In this document: piece after piece, positions 31,598-42,042 of the stretch
Position numbering within the stretch: position 1 is the first letter of the stretch
How the letters are laid out: each line of letters opens with the position of its first letter
DNA from: Candidatus Omnitrophota bacterium
GTDB taxonomy: Bacteria > Omnitrophota > Gorgyraeia > 2-01-FULL-45-10
DNA length: 64,000 nt
Direction: 5' to 3'
Assembly: GCA_028715345.1 (NCBI GenBank)
Contig: JAQUSB010000004.1
Span: 14,922-78,921 of the forward strand
The notes under the pieces: model-generated
Seen by the model: only the letters and a program-made list of their open reading frames with translations
Databases searched by the model: none
Told to the model about the DNA's origin: nothing
Program-made: the position numbers and the translations under genes

Positions 31598-33637
31598 ATG
31601 CGCATAAGCTATAATTGGTTAAAAGACTACATTAATCTGAATCTCGCTCCGGAAAAACTGGAAGACGTCCTTACCATGTCCGGTCTTACGACGGAGTCTA
31701 TCCTACACAAGTCGGGAAACGACTGCATACTGGAGATAGAGGTGACCGCCAACAGGCCGGACTGGCTGTCATATATAGGAGTGGCGCGCGAACTTTCCGC
31801 GATCACCGGCAATAAACTTAAAGTCCCGGTAGTGCCGAAAATAAAGCCTTCCAAAGAGAAGGCCGGGATAAAGATAAGCATAGAAGAGAAGAACCTCTGC
31901 CCGAGATATACGGCCAGGATAATAAAAAATGTAAAGATCGCCGATTCTCCCGATATGCTAAAGAAAAAACTAGATGCCATGAACCTGCGGCCGGTCAATA
32001 ACGTCGTAGACATTACCAACTTCTGCCTTTTCGAGACGGGCGAGCCTATGCACGCGTTCGACCTCGATAAGATCCAGGGCGGGGAGATCATTGTAAGGAA
32101 AGCAAGAAAAGGCGAAAAGATAATAACGATCGACGGTGTCGAGAGGACGCTAGCCGACTCGATGCTTGTGATAGCGGACAAGGTGAAGGCCATAGCGATA
32201 GCCGGGGTCATGGGCGGCATAAATACAGAAGTTACCGCAGCGACCAAAAATATACTGCTCGAAGCAGCCTCGTTCGACCAGATATCGGTGAGGAGGACAG
32301 CCCGTTCGCTCGGCATTTCCACGGATTCGAGCTATAGGTTCGAGAGAAAAGTCGATATCAATAATATAGAACATTCATCCGACAGGGCGGCAACCCTTAT
32401 AAAGGATTTAGCCCGCGGCGAGATATGTAATTTTATAGATATAGGAAGAGGCGCTCCGTCAACGAAAGCGATAACGCTCCGCCTCGCAAAACTTGAGGCG
32501 ACTTTAGGGCTGGAGATACCGTCAGTCGCGGTAAAGAGAATACTGAATTCGCTCGGCCTTACGATAAAAAGATCCTCGAAGAAAGCCATTACCGCCCAAC
32601 CGCCGCCGTTCAGGTATGACCTGAATAACGAGATCGATATAATAGAAGAGATAGCCCGCATATACGGCTACAATAAGATACCGAACACCATACCCAATAT
32701 AGTAGAACAGGCCAAAAAGATCCCGCTCGAGGTAGTGATAGAAAAACAGACAAGGACCATACTCACTGGCCTTGGCGCCGACGAGATAATCACTTACAGC
32801 CTGCTTGGTAAGAATGCGCTTTCCGGCCTCGGGATAGCGGATAATACGGTGGCGGAGATAAAAAATCCGTTATCGAACGAGCAGGAAATTATGCGGCCTA
32901 ACCTGGTGCCCGGGATGCTATCCTCCATGTTATGGAATATCAACAGGAAATCGAAAGACCTTAAGCTTTTCGAGATAGGCAGGATATATCTGAAAGGATC
33001 CGAAGCGAAATTTTCCGAAAAAAAACATCTTGCGATAGGGATTACAGGGGAAAAGGCAAATTGGGCCGAAGGCGCCCGCCAATGCAATTTCTTCGATCTC
33101 AAAGGAATGGCCGAGACATTGCTGGCATCGCTCGGCATCACAAACACAGCGTTTAAATACGCGGCTAATGACATTTATTCGCGCTCATGCTCCGCTTCGG
33201 TCGACATAGAAGGCGAGAATATAGGCACCATGGGAGAAGTTTCCCGGAAAATATCGAACAATTTCGACATAAAAGAAACCGTCTATTTTTGCGAGCTGTC
33301 GCTTGACGCGATCTTAAAATATGCGGATCTTGAAAAGAGGTTCAGTGAGCTGCCTAAATATCCGTCCGTGCACAGGGACATGTCTTTATTGGTGCCGAAA
33401 GACGTCCTGAATTCGGATCTCGCCGCTGCGGTGAAAAATACCGCGGGAGCTATCCTGAAAGAGATAAAACTGATAGACAGGTATGCCGGTAAACAGATCC
33501 CCGACGGTAAATTGAGCCTCACCTACAGGCTGGAATACGCGGACCCGTCAAAAACCCTCGAAGAAAAAGACGTAACACTCGTCCATTCGAACATTCTCCG
33601 GACTCTGGAAGAAAAATTCGGCGCAAGATTACGGTAA
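31598..33637 (+). CDS. pheT: phenylalanine--tRNA ligase beta subunit (short form lacking the OB-fold tRNA-binding domain)
   Basis: 679 aa. The B1 N-terminus (MRISYNWLKDYIN) runs directly into the region that aligns after the OB-fold domain in E. coli PheT (EIEVTANRPDWL). About 115 aa shorter than E. coli PheT. Confidence 0.85.
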   Translation: MRISYNWLKDYINLNLAPEKLEDVLTMSGLTTESILHKSGNDCILEIEVTANRPDWLSYIGVARELSAITGNKLKVPVVPKIKPSKEKAGIKISIEEKNLCPRYTARIIKNVKIADSPDMLKKKLDAMNLRPVNNVVDITNFCLFETGEPMHAFDLDKIQGGEIIVRKARKGEKIITIDGVERTLADSMLVIADKVKAIAIAGVMGGINTEVTAATKNILLEAASFDQISVRRTARSLGISTDSSYRFERKVDINNIEHSSDRAATLIKDLARGEICNFIDIGRGAPSTKAITLRLAKLEATLGLEIPSVAVKRILNSLGLTIKRSSKKAITAQPPPFRYDLNNEIDIIEEIARIYGYNKIPNTIPNIVEQAKKIPLEVVIEKQTRTILTGLGADEIITYSLLGKNALSGLGIADNTVAEIKNPLSNEQEIMRPNLVPGMLSSMLWNINRKSKDLKLFEIGRIYLKGSEAKFSEKKHLAIGITGEKANWAEGARQCNFFDLKGMAETLLASLGITNTAFKYAANDIYSRSCSASVDIEGENIGTMGEVSRKISNNFDIKETVYFCELSLDAILKYADLEKRFSELPKYPSVHRDMSLLVPKDVLNSDLAAAVKNTAGAILKEIKLIDRYAGKQIPDGKLSLTYRLEYADPSKTLEEKDVTLVHSNILRTLEEKFGARLR

Positions 33638-33867
33638 CAGGCCGGGCACGATTTGCCTTTTGCGGGAAGTTGTGATATATTTGAATTAGGAAGAAAAATA
33701 TCCCTGCGGTGCGCGTGCTTGGAGTGAAGAATCTTGAGCCAACACTATATTAAAAGGGGACCTAACTGGGTAAACGCTTAGGCATCTATCCGAGGGTTCC
33801 CACCTGATGAAAATCGGGGTCAAGATTACTCAATTTCACACGGCACAGGCGGGGATTTTTATTTTAT

Positions 33868-35175
33868 ATGGACCTATTCGAAAAAGAAAAGAAGAAATTA
33901 AAGGAGAGCGAGCCGCTGGCGGTTAGGATGCGCCCCGCCTCTCTCGATGATTTTATCGGCCAGGAACATATCCTCGGTAAAGATAAGCTGTTACGCCGGC
34001 TGATAGAATCCGACACAATATCCTCGATCATACTTTACGGCCCGCCCGGATGCGGCAAGACCACCCTCGCCCTGATAATAAGCGAAAAGACCAATTCATA
34101 CTTCGAGAGGATAAACGCCGCCTCCAACAACGTCGCCGACATGCGGCGCATAATCGACCAGGCCCATAAGCGCGAAGCAACAAGCGGAAAACGCACGATA
34201 CTTTTGGTCGACGAAATACACCGCTTCAATAAAGCCCAGCAGGACGTCCTGATGCCCGATGTCGAAGCCGGCAACCCCATACTTATAGGCACTACGACCC
34301 ACAACCCGTTCTTTTATGTAAATGCCGCGCTCCTTTCCCGTTCCCAGGTATTTGAGTTCAAGAAATTGGGCGATAATGATGTCATTTCGATAATGAAGAG
34401 GGCCCTGTCGGACAAAGAAAAAGGATTGGGTAAGATGCCGATCGACATAGACGACAACGCTATAGCTCATCTGGCAAAAGTCTCGGAAGGCGATGCCAGG
34501 CGCGCGCTGCTTGCCCTCGAGGTCGGCAGTCTCACAACCGCCGCGGGCAAGGACAAGAGGATACATTTTACGCTGAAGGTCGCGGAAGAATCTATACAGA
34601 AGAAAGCGGTCCTTTACGACAAAAACGAAGACGGCCACTACGACACGATCTCCGCTTTTATAAAGTCGATGAGAGGCTCCGATCCGGACGCGGCGCTCTA
34701 CTGGCTTGCCAAGATGATCTACGCGGGTGAGGACCCGAGGTTCATAGCGCGCAGGATCGTGATATGCGCGGCCGAGGACGTGGGGCTCGCCGATCCGCAG
34801 GCTATCGTTATCGCCAACGCCGCGCTCCAGGTGTCTGAATTTGTCGGAATGCCGGAGGCGCGCATCCCGCTCGCCCAGGCTGCCGTGTATGTCGCGTGCG
34901 CGCCAAAGTCGAACGCCGCCTACCTGGGCGTCGAGAGCGCGATAAAAGACGTGGAGGAGGGGAAAGTCCTCGAAGTCCCGGACCATCTGAAGGACGCGAA
35001 CCTCGATTCCGAAGCGTTCGGCCACGGCAAAGGCTATAAGTATGCCCATGATTTTAAGGACCATTATGTAAAGCAGGAATACAAGCCGTCGGAAAAGATT
35101 TATTATATCCCGACGGAGATGGGATACGAAAAAAAGATAAAAGAATGGCTCGAAAAACTGAAAAAGCCTCGATAA
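33868..35175 (+). CDS. rarA: replication-associated recombination protein A (AAA+ ATPase)
   Basis: 435 aa. Walker A GPPGCGKTTLA, plus the MgsA C-terminal domain. Confidence 0.85.
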   Translation: MDLFEKEKKKLKESEPLAVRMRPASLDDFIGQEHILGKDKLLRRLIESDTISSIILYGPPGCGKTTLALIISEKTNSYFERINAASNNVADMRRIIDQAHKREATSGKRTILLVDEIHRFNKAQQDVLMPDVEAGNPILIGTTTHNPFFYVNAALLSRSQVFEFKKLGDNDVISIMKRALSDKEKGLGKMPIDIDDNAIAHLAKVSEGDARRALLALEVGSLTTAAGKDKRIHFTLKVAEESIQKKAVLYDKNEDGHYDTISAFIKSMRGSDPDAALYWLAKMIYAGEDPRFIARRIVICAAEDVGLADPQAIVIANAALQVSEFVGMPEARIPLAQAAVYVACAPKSNAAYLGVESAIKDVEEGKVLEVPDHLKDANLDSEAFGHGKGYKYAHDFKDHYVKQEYKPSEKIYYIPTEMGYEKKIKEWLEKLKKPR

Positions 35176-35353
35176 TCATTTGTTAAATTTTTTTGATTAA
35201 AAATGAAAAAGTCAGCACCCCGCCTATTGTATTATTCCCGATCTTAAGGTAAGCTTTTTAATGGTTTCAGGGTTCAGAGCATAAAATGCTTGGCATATAT
35301 TTTTGCCGGGCATTTTTATTTGTGGGTTGCCTCCGGAAGAGAGGTGATGTTCT

Positions 35354-37657
35354 GTGTCGGGTATCCGGGTAGGAACTGGCAGGGCGACGCGGTCAAACAG
35401 ACCATACGGGGTAAATATAACCGTATGGCTTTTTTTATTGTTACTTTTGGCGGGCTCCGTATCAGCCTGCCCGGGGATCGAAACCGGAACCATAAGCCCT
35501 GCCTCTAATTTTGCGCCGCTGGCCCGGGCCGCAAAAGACGGATACAAATTCGAAAACGACGCGACATTTCTATATGTGACATTCTGCGCATCCGAAGGGC
35601 TTAAGAACAATAAGCCGATTTCCAGTCTGCGCGATGACTTCAAACTGCCTGATGCCGTCAAGACAAAGGTAAAATTCATCGATATACAAGACGGGCTTTA
35701 TATAGCGCTTGACCGGGAAGGAACATCCCGCCCCAGGATCCTCCACTATTTCCGAAACAAAAAAAGGGCGCACACGGATAACGCCGTACCCATAGAAACA
35801 CGCTCTTTCGGCATCGTATTCGCCGAAGAGATCAGCCGGGAGCAATACGAGACGATATCGGAAGGAAACGACAGGGGGCATCCCGAGCTCCTGGAAGACG
35901 CCGTAAAATATCTTCTTCTGAAAAATGGCGGCGAGACAACGGCCGGAGAATATTCGCGCATCGCTGAAATATCCGTCGAGGCCGCCTACCGCAGCCTGAC
36001 GTTCTTGGCGGAAATGGGGTTGGTTGTCGTAAATACCGCAGGGCCGGGCGCACACACATACAGATTACGCGATGACCTGGCCTCTAACAGCGCCGAGTCC
36101 GGCAATCTCCTGAGGATCCTGAATAAATGCCGCGACGCCGGGTCTTTTAAGGAGGTGGAAGCGATCGCTAAGGATGCCGGATACGTACCGGCAAGCATCG
36201 AAAACATAACGGAGACGGCACGGGCCTTATTTTCCCACGAAGACAGGTGCGCCGAAGAGCTGGCAAAGCAGATCGCTTGCGCAAGAGAAGAGATCGATAT
36301 CGCCGCCCATAGGCTGGGGCCGGCAGCCGTGCTGGAAGCCTTAAAAGACCGCCGCGCCGGAGTCAGGCTGAGGATATTATTGGGTAAGGACATGAAGAAA
36401 GACGGTATTTGCGCGGACCTCGAAAAATACGGCGCGGATATAAAATATGTCCGGGACAAGGATCTTGCGTCCGATAATTTTATAATAATCGACAGAAAAA
36501 CCGTAGCTTTGGGCAGTTACAGCTGGACGGAGCCAGGCAGTGAGCGAGCCGAAGAGAACCTTATCTTTTTAAGAGACAGGAACACCTTCGGCGCGGAATT
36601 CGATCGCCGTTGGGACGGAGGGGGCCAGGTGCCGGCGCACGGCCGCTCTCCGCCCGGCGATATAAGGGTTTATTTTTCCGGGGCGCGGCAATGCGAAGAC
36701 GCGATCATAGAAGCGATAAAAAATGCGAAGAAAGATAAAATAATAAACCCCGGGGAAAAACAGCGTATACGCGCCGCGCTGCACAGCTTTACGAACAAAG
36801 ATATAGCCGGAGAATTATTTGATGCGAAGGAGACAGGCATAGACGTGCAGATATTCCTCGATAAAGGCCAGAAGAGATCCGGGATAATAGAAAGCTACAT
36901 TAAGGCGCTGGAAATGAAAGCAAGAAATAGAGAAAAGAAGACAGGCCTTGTGAATTGCCGGCGCGGCAGGATGGAGATAACGTACGATCACTTAAGCGGA
37001 CGGATGGCGCGCAACCGGTTCGCCATAATAAACGATGTGACGCTTGCGGGCAGTTATGACTGGATGCGCGGTGGTAAAAAAGATAAGCATGAAGACCTTG
37101 TGTTGATCCCGGGCGCCATGAGAGAGTACGAAAAGAAGTTCGACGCGTTATGGCGAAGCTCATATGATTCTGTCATAATAGATAAAGGCGCCGTACCTCT
37201 TTATATGCCGCGGCCGCCGCCTGCGGAAAATTTTACCGACGAAGTTTATCATCTTTTTGAAGCGACGAGAAACATAAGGACGATGAGGGTCTTCGACGAT
37301 CCGGACCGGTTGTACAAAAAGTCTGCCAAGTTCGAGGGCAGATGGTTTGCCGACAGGGCCTATCTAAAAAGCCAGCATGATGCGATCAGGAACCTGAACC
37401 TTAAGGACAGAGACGGCGTCATATATGACTACGCGCTGTTCCGCGGCCAGGTCGAGATAAAGAAGGGCACGGTCGTAGCCGGCGGCGGCATAAATGGCGG
37501 CAGCGGATATCAGCTCTTTGCGTGTGAAAACGACATCAAAGATCCGGATAAAATAGAATTCCTTCGGAAGACCATAGAAGAATGGACCGGCAAGCGGTGG
37601 AAACCGCGCGGTAAAGACACGTGGTGGAAACGATGCTTGTCCTTTCTTTTCCGATAA
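35354..37657 (+). CDS. large lipoprotein with two degenerate PLD/HKD-like modules and a central winged-helix-like segment
   Basis: 767 aa with a GTG start. Signal peptide plus lipobox LLLLAGSVSAC. SDNFIIIDRKTVALGSYSWTE and ARNRFAIINDVTLAGSYDWMRGG resemble HxKx4Dx6GSxN with the H and K replaced. Confidence 0.4.
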   Translation: MSGIRVGTGRATRSNRPYGVNITVWLFLLLLLAGSVSACPGIETGTISPASNFAPLARAAKDGYKFENDATFLYVTFCASEGLKNNKPISSLRDDFKLPDAVKTKVKFIDIQDGLYIALDREGTSRPRILHYFRNKKRAHTDNAVPIETRSFGIVFAEEISREQYETISEGNDRGHPELLEDAVKYLLLKNGGETTAGEYSRIAEISVEAAYRSLTFLAEMGLVVVNTAGPGAHTYRLRDDLASNSAESGNLLRILNKCRDAGSFKEVEAIAKDAGYVPASIENITETARALFSHEDRCAEELAKQIACAREEIDIAAHRLGPAAVLEALKDRRAGVRLRILLGKDMKKDGICADLEKYGADIKYVRDKDLASDNFIIIDRKTVALGSYSWTEPGSERAEENLIFLRDRNTFGAEFDRRWDGGGQVPAHGRSPPGDIRVYFSGARQCEDAIIEAIKNAKKDKIINPGEKQRIRAALHSFTNKDIAGELFDAKETGIDVQIFLDKGQKRSGIIESYIKALEMKARNREKKTGLVNCRRGRMEITYDHLSGRMARNRFAIINDVTLAGSYDWMRGGKKDKHEDLVLIPGAMREYEKKFDALWRSSYDSVIIDKGAVPLYMPRPPPAENFTDEVYHLFEATRNIRTMRVFDDPDRLYKKSAKFEGRWFADRAYLKSQHDAIRNLNLKDRDGVIYDYALFRGQVEIKKGTVVAGGGINGGSGYQLFACENDIKDPDKIEFLRKTIEEWTGKRWKPRGKDTWWKRCLSFLFR

Positions 37658-37675
37658 GCTATAATAAAAATCACC

Positions 37676-38680
37676 ATGAGAATGAACAAAAAATGTATAG
37701 CTATGTTATCGGGCGGGCTGGACAGTATCCTTGCCGTGAAATTGATGCAGGAGCAGGGTATCGAGGTCCTGGCCGTCAATTTTTCCATAGATTTTTGCGC
37801 GTGTATAACGCAAAACGGCGAGAATGTAGCCACTAAAGCCGCTAAAATGCTGGGTGTGCCGGTCAAAGTAGTCGATATCACCGAAGAATACCTCGAGGTG
37901 CTGAAAAACCCCCGCCACGGTTACGGCGCGAATATAAACCCGTGCATAGACTGCAAGATCTTCATGCTGAAAAAAGCGAAAGATATGATGGCCGGATGCG
38001 GCGCGTCATTCATCGTGACAGGCGAAGTCCTGGGCGAGCGGCCGATGTCGCAGAGGCTCGATGCGCTTAATATCATCACCCGCGATTCGGGGTTAAAAGG
38101 CTTTTTGCTCAGGCCTCTTTCGGCGAAACTGCTCGAAGAGACCGTCCCTGAGAAAGAAGGCATTGTCGACAGGAGTAAACTTCTCGATATCTCGGGCCGG
38201 TCGCGCAAACCGCAATTTGCCTTAGCCGCAAAGTACGGCATAAAAGAATACCCGAATCCCGCGGGCGGATGCCTCCTGACGGACCCGGGATTTACTAACA
38301 GGGTCAAAGACCTGATAAAGAATGACGCACTGGCCGTAGACGACCTGAAGCTTCTGACGGTCGGCAGGCATTTTCGTCTCTCGCCTGAAGCGAAACTTGC
38401 CGTCGGGCGGGATCAGGACGAGAATGAAGAACTGCAGAAGCTCGCGAAGAAAGATGACCTCATATTTAAACTGAAAGACCGGCAGGGGCCGATATCGGTT
38501 TTGCGCGGTTCGTATGATGAAAATATCATTATGTTGGCCGCGAGCGTCGCGATGTACCATACGAAATTCAGGAATGAACCGTCTTTAACGGTCGATTACT
38601 GGAATGGCGGATCGTCCGACAAGAGAACCATATCGGTGAAACCTGCCACTCCAGGTGAGGTCGAGAAACTGAGGCTATGA
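37676..38680 (+). CDS. PP-loop ATPase sulfurtransferase, ThiI/MnmA-like (no THUMP domain)
   Basis: 334 aa. PP-loop SGGLDS, then NPCIDCK and LRPL motifs. Heads the thiE-thiS-thiG-thiH-thiF cluster. Confidence 0.5.
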   Translation: MRMNKKCIAMLSGGLDSILAVKLMQEQGIEVLAVNFSIDFCACITQNGENVATKAAKMLGVPVKVVDITEEYLEVLKNPRHGYGANINPCIDCKIFMLKKAKDMMAGCGASFIVTGEVLGERPMSQRLDALNIITRDSGLKGFLLRPLSAKLLEETVPEKEGIVDRSKLLDISGRSRKPQFALAAKYGIKEYPNPAGGCLLTDPGFTNRVKDLIKNDALAVDDLKLLTVGRHFRLSPEAKLAVGRDQDENEELQKLAKKDDLIFKLKDRQGPISVLRGSYDENIIMLAASVAMYHTKFRNEPSLTVDYWNGGSSDKRTISVKPATPGEVEKLRL

Positions 38681-39312
38681 ACGGAATAAAAGACCGTAAT
38701 CTGTATCTTGTATTAAGCGAAGAATGCGGCAGGGGGAGGCCTGCGACTGAGATCGCCGGGTTGGCCGTCTCCGGCGGGATCGATATGCTGCAGATGCGCG
38801 AAAAAAATAAATCCGGCCCGGAACTTAAAAAATTGGGCCGCGAACTTTTTAAGATCTGCTCAAAAAGCGGGGTCAAATTTATAGTTAACGATGACCCTGT
38901 CCTTGCGAAAGAACTTAAAGCCGACGGCGTTCACTTAGGACAGGAAGACCTGAAAAAATACAGCCTGGAGGCTGCGCGCAGTCTGATCGGGCCCGATAAG
39001 ATAATAGGCGTTTCCACGCATTCGCTCGAACAATTTAACGCGGCGAATGACAGCGATGCCGATTACATAGCTTTCGGCCCCATATTCCCGACGAAGACAA
39101 AGGATTATTTTATCGGCACTGAAAATATCGGGGCGGTTTTAATGGGAGCTAAAAAACCCGTCGTATTTATAGGCGGTATAAAACTTGCTAATATCGACGG
39201 TATTTTACAGAAAGGCGCGAGGAACATAGCGCTGATAAGGGCAATAACGGAAGCCGATGATATAGCCGCCGCCGCCGCAAATTTTAAATCCAGGCTTACG
39301 GGGGTAAATTAA
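38677..39312 (+). CDS. thiE: thiamine-phosphate synthase
   Basis: 211 aa. TIM-barrel TMP-TENI family. Motifs HLGQED and IAFGPIFPT. Confidence 0.8.
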   Translation: MNGIKDRNLYLVLSEECGRGRPATEIAGLAVSGGIDMLQMREKNKSGPELKKLGRELFKICSKSGVKFIVNDDPVLAKELKADGVHLGQEDLKKYSLEAARSLIGPDKIIGVSTHSLEQFNAANDSDADYIAFGPIFPTKTKDYFIGTENIGAVLMGAKKPVVFIGGIKLANIDGILQKGARNIALIRAITEADDIAAAAANFKSRLTGVN

Positions 39313-39314
39313 AT

Positions 39315-39515
39315 ATGAATGTGAAAATTAACGGCAGGCAAGAGACCGTGGATAAAGATACGACTATAGCCAAGCTTATTTCCGATAAAGGATTTACGCC
39401 CGAGCACATAGTGGTAGAATATAATCTTAAGATCGTGCCTAAAGATGAATGGGGTAAGATATATATCGGCGAAGACGACAGGATCGAGATAGTAAGTTTT
39501 GTGGGAGGAGGATAA
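39315..39515 (+). CDS. thiS: sulfur carrier protein ThiS
   Basis: 66 aa. Ends in Gly-Gly. Adjacent to thiG. Confidence 0.8.
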   Translation: MNVKINGRQETVDKDTTIAKLISDKGFTPEHIVVEYNLKIVPKDEWGKIYIGEDDRIEIVSFVGGG

Positions 39516-40290
39516 AGTGGACGATATTCTGAGGATGGGCGGACGCGATATCGAAAACCGCTTATTTATAGGTACAGGTAAATTTTCCGGTTATAAAGTG
39601 ATGAAGGAAGCGCTTGAGGCGAGCGGCGCCGACGTTGTTACGGTGGCCCTGCGAAGGGTCGACAGCGGGTCCGATACCGAGGATATCCTGAAATATATAC
39701 CTGAAAAGTGTATCCTCGTCCCGAATACTTCCGGCGCGAGGGACGCGGAAGAGGCGGTGAGAATAGCCAGGCTTGCCAAGGCAGCCGGTTGCGGTAACTG
39801 GGTGAAGATCGAGATCATCAGGGACAATAAATATCTTTTACCGGACAATCTCGAGACCGTAAAAGCGACAGAGATCCTCGCGAAAGAAGATTTCATAATA
39901 CTTCCGTATATGAGCCCGGACCTTTCTATGGCGCGGAGGCTTGTCGACGCCGGCGCTGCGGCAATTATGCCGCTGGGCTCTCCTATAGGTTCGAATCGCG
40001 GCATAAAGACCAAAGAACTCGTCGAGATATTGATAAACGAGATAAAACTGCCCATAATAGTCGATGCCGGGCTGGGCGTGCCTTCAAGCGCATGCGAGTG
40101 TATGGAGATGGGGTGTGCGGCTGTCCTGGTGAATACGGCTATCGCCATAGCGGAAGACCCGGTAGACATGGCAAAGGCTTTCAGCGCGGCGGTCCGTGCG
40201 GGAAGGCTCGCGCACCTTGCCGGCGTTCCCCGGAGCACGAGCGACGGCAGGCCGTCGTCGCCGCTCACAGGGTTTTTGAGAGACAGATGA
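39499..40290 (+). CDS. thiG: thiazole synthase
   Basis: 263 aa. Motifs LLPNT, ILPY and [12 protein letters not shown]. Confidence 0.9.
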   Translation: MWEEDKVDDILRMGGRDIENRLFIGTGKFSGYKVMKEALEASGADVVTVALRRVDSGSDTEDILKYIPEKCILVPNTSGARDAEEAVRIARLAKAAGCGNWVKIEIIRDNKYLLPDNLETVKATEILAKEDFIILPYMSPDLSMARRLVDAGAAAIMPLGSPIGSNRGIKTKELVEILINEIKLPIIVDAGLGVPSSACECMEMGCAAVLVNTAIAIAEDPVDMAKAFSAAVRAGRLAHLAGVPRSTSDGRPSSPLTGFLRDR

Positions 40291-41387
40291 GTTTCTACGA
40301 AGCGCTATCCAGGTATAAGGGTATCACAGGCGCTTTCGGCGCGATGTCCGCGGATAGCGTCGGGAAAGCATTATTCGCCAGCGTGCCGTGCGCCGACGAC
40401 CTCGCGGCTTTGTTGTCGAGCGCCGCATCTTCCCGCCTTGAAGAGATGGCCGCAAGATCCCACGAGATCACCCTGCGCCATTTCGGCAGGACGATCCAGC
40501 TTTACACACCGCTTTATTTATCCAACTATTGCGAAAATAGATGCGCGTATTGCGGTTTCAATTCCGCCAATAAGATCCCAAGAAAAAAACTTACCCTCGA
40601 GGAAGTAGAAAAGGAAGCCCGATTCATAGGCGCGACGGGCCTGAAACATATACTGGTGCTTACGGGAGAATCGCGGGCTATGAGCCCGCTCTCTTATATA
40701 AAAGAAAGCATCTCGATATTAAAGAAATATTTCAGTTCCGTTTCGGTCGAGATATACGCGCTCAATGAAACCGAATATAGAGAACTCATTTCGGCGGGCG
40801 TGGACGGACTGACCATATACCAGGAGACATACGACGAAGAAGTTTACGATAAAGTTCATCCTGCGGGGCCGAAGCGCGATTACAGGTTCAGGCTCGATGC
40901 CCCGGCAAGAGGCGCCGCCGCCGGGATGAGGAACGTCAATATCGGTACGCTGCTCGGTCTCAATGACTGGAGGGCCGAAGCATTCTGGCTCGGCCTCCAC
41001 GCGAAATATCTGCAGGACCGGTTTCCCGACGTAGACATAGGCGTGTCCCTGCCGAGACTGAAGCCCCATGCCGGCGCTTTCACGCCCGCCTGCGAAGTCG
41101 GTGACAAGGCCCTGGCGCAGGTCATAATGGCCTTACGGATATTTTTACCGAGAGCGGGCATATCGCTTTCGACGCGCGAAGCCCCAAAATTACGCGAAAA
41201 CCTTATTCCGCTCGGGATAACGCGGATGTCGGCGGGCTCTTCCACTTATGTCGGCGGCCGTACCGCCTCTATAAAAAGCGCAGGTGAAGAGCCGCAGTTC
41301 GAGATATCGGACAAGAGGGACGTGGCAGAAATGATGGCAGTCCTGGAGAAGCGGGGATATCAGCCGGTATTAAAGGATTGGTTTTAA
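40287..41387 (+). CDS. thiH: 2-iminoacetate synthase (tyrosine lyase), radical SAM
   Basis: Radical SAM motif [10 protein letters not shown]. Start taken at ATG 40287 (ATGA overlap with the thiG stop); the ORF-track start at 40092 lies within thiG. Confidence 0.8.
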   Translation: MSFYEALSRYKGITGAFGAMSADSVGKALFASVPCADDLAALLSSAASSRLEEMAARSHEITLRHFGRTIQLYTPLYLSNYCENRCAYCGFNSANKIPRKKLTLEEVEKEARFIGATGLKHILVLTGESRAMSPLSYIKESISILKKYFSSVSVEIYALNETEYRELISAGVDGLTIYQETYDEEVYDKVHPAGPKRDYRFRLDAPARGAAAGMRNVNIGTLLGLNDWRAEAFWLGLHAKYLQDRFPDVDIGVSLPRLKPHAGAFTPACEVGDKALAQVIMALRIFLPRAGISLSTREAPKLRENLIPLGITRMSAGSSTYVGGRTASIKSAGEEPQFEISDKRDVAEMMAVLEKRGYQPVLKDWF

Positions 41388-41995
41388 CGATGAACGAATT
41401 TCATAAAAACCTTGTAAAAAAGCTGGGCGATGAAAATTTAAAGAAGATCCAGAGCGTCCGGATAGGGCTTGCCGGCTTGGGCGGGTTGGGCTCTAATTGC
41501 GCGCTCAATCTGGCCAGGGTAGGATTTAAACGCTTTACGCTGGTAGATTTCGATGTGATAGACCATTCGAACCTCGACAGGCAATTCTACTTTTCCGACC
41601 AGGTCGGCCATGATAAAACATCGGCGCTGGAAACAAACTTGCGCAGGATAAATCCGGATATAGACATCCGGGCCGTAAAAACGAAGATCGATAAAATGAA
41701 CGCGGAAGAGATATTCAAGGATTGCCCGATAGTTGCCGAGTGTTTTGACAGGGCGGATAGCAAGAGCATGCTCGTCGGCGAACTCTTAAGACTGGGCAAA
41801 TTCATCGTTTCTGTATCCGGTGTCGGGGGCATAGGTTCAAGTGACGATATAAAGATAAGCCGCATAAAAGATAACTTCGTCCTGATAGGCGACCAGAAGA
41901 GCGACGTCTCTTCGAAACCCGCTTTGTCACCCAAGGTGAATATAGCCGCCGCGAAGCAGGCCGACGCTATACTCGAATACGTGCTGGGAAGATAA
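41378..41995 (+). CDS. thiF: ThiF/MoeB-family adenylyltransferase for ThiS
   Basis: 205 aa. Motifs GLGGLGS and DFDVIDHSNLDRQ. Confidence 0.75.
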   Translation: MVLTMNEFHKNLVKKLGDENLKKIQSVRIGLAGLGGLGSNCALNLARVGFKRFTLVDFDVIDHSNLDRQFYFSDQVGHDKTSALETNLRRINPDIDIRAVKTKIDKMNAEEIFKDCPIVAECFDRADSKSMLVGELLRLGKFIVSVSGVGGIGSSDDIKISRIKDNFVLIGDQKSDVSSKPALSPKVNIAAAKQADAILEYVLGR

Positions 41996-42010
41996 AAATT
42001 TTTATTGCCA

Positions 42011-42042
42011 TTGTAAACCAAATATAATAATATAGTTTACAA
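42011..42042 (+). promoter_or_regulatory. BirA operator (bioO)
   Basis: TTGTAAACC, 15-nt AT-rich spacer, AGTTTACAA: a near-perfect BirA-box inverted repeat overlapping the bioB start codon. Confidence 0.55.

Noticed and set aside
34096-35064. 322-aa minus-strand ORF
   Set aside because: Antisense to rarA. Composition-driven.
35224-35679. 151-aa minus-strand ORF overlapping the start of the 767-aa lipoprotein gene
   Set aside because: No motifs. Overlaps the signal-peptide region of a better-supported plus-strand gene.
40092-40286. ORF-track 5' extension of thiH (start at 40092)
   Set aside because: Lies entirely within thiG coding sequence. The thiH start at ATG 40287 is supported by the ATGA overlap with the thiG stop and by the conserved N-terminus.
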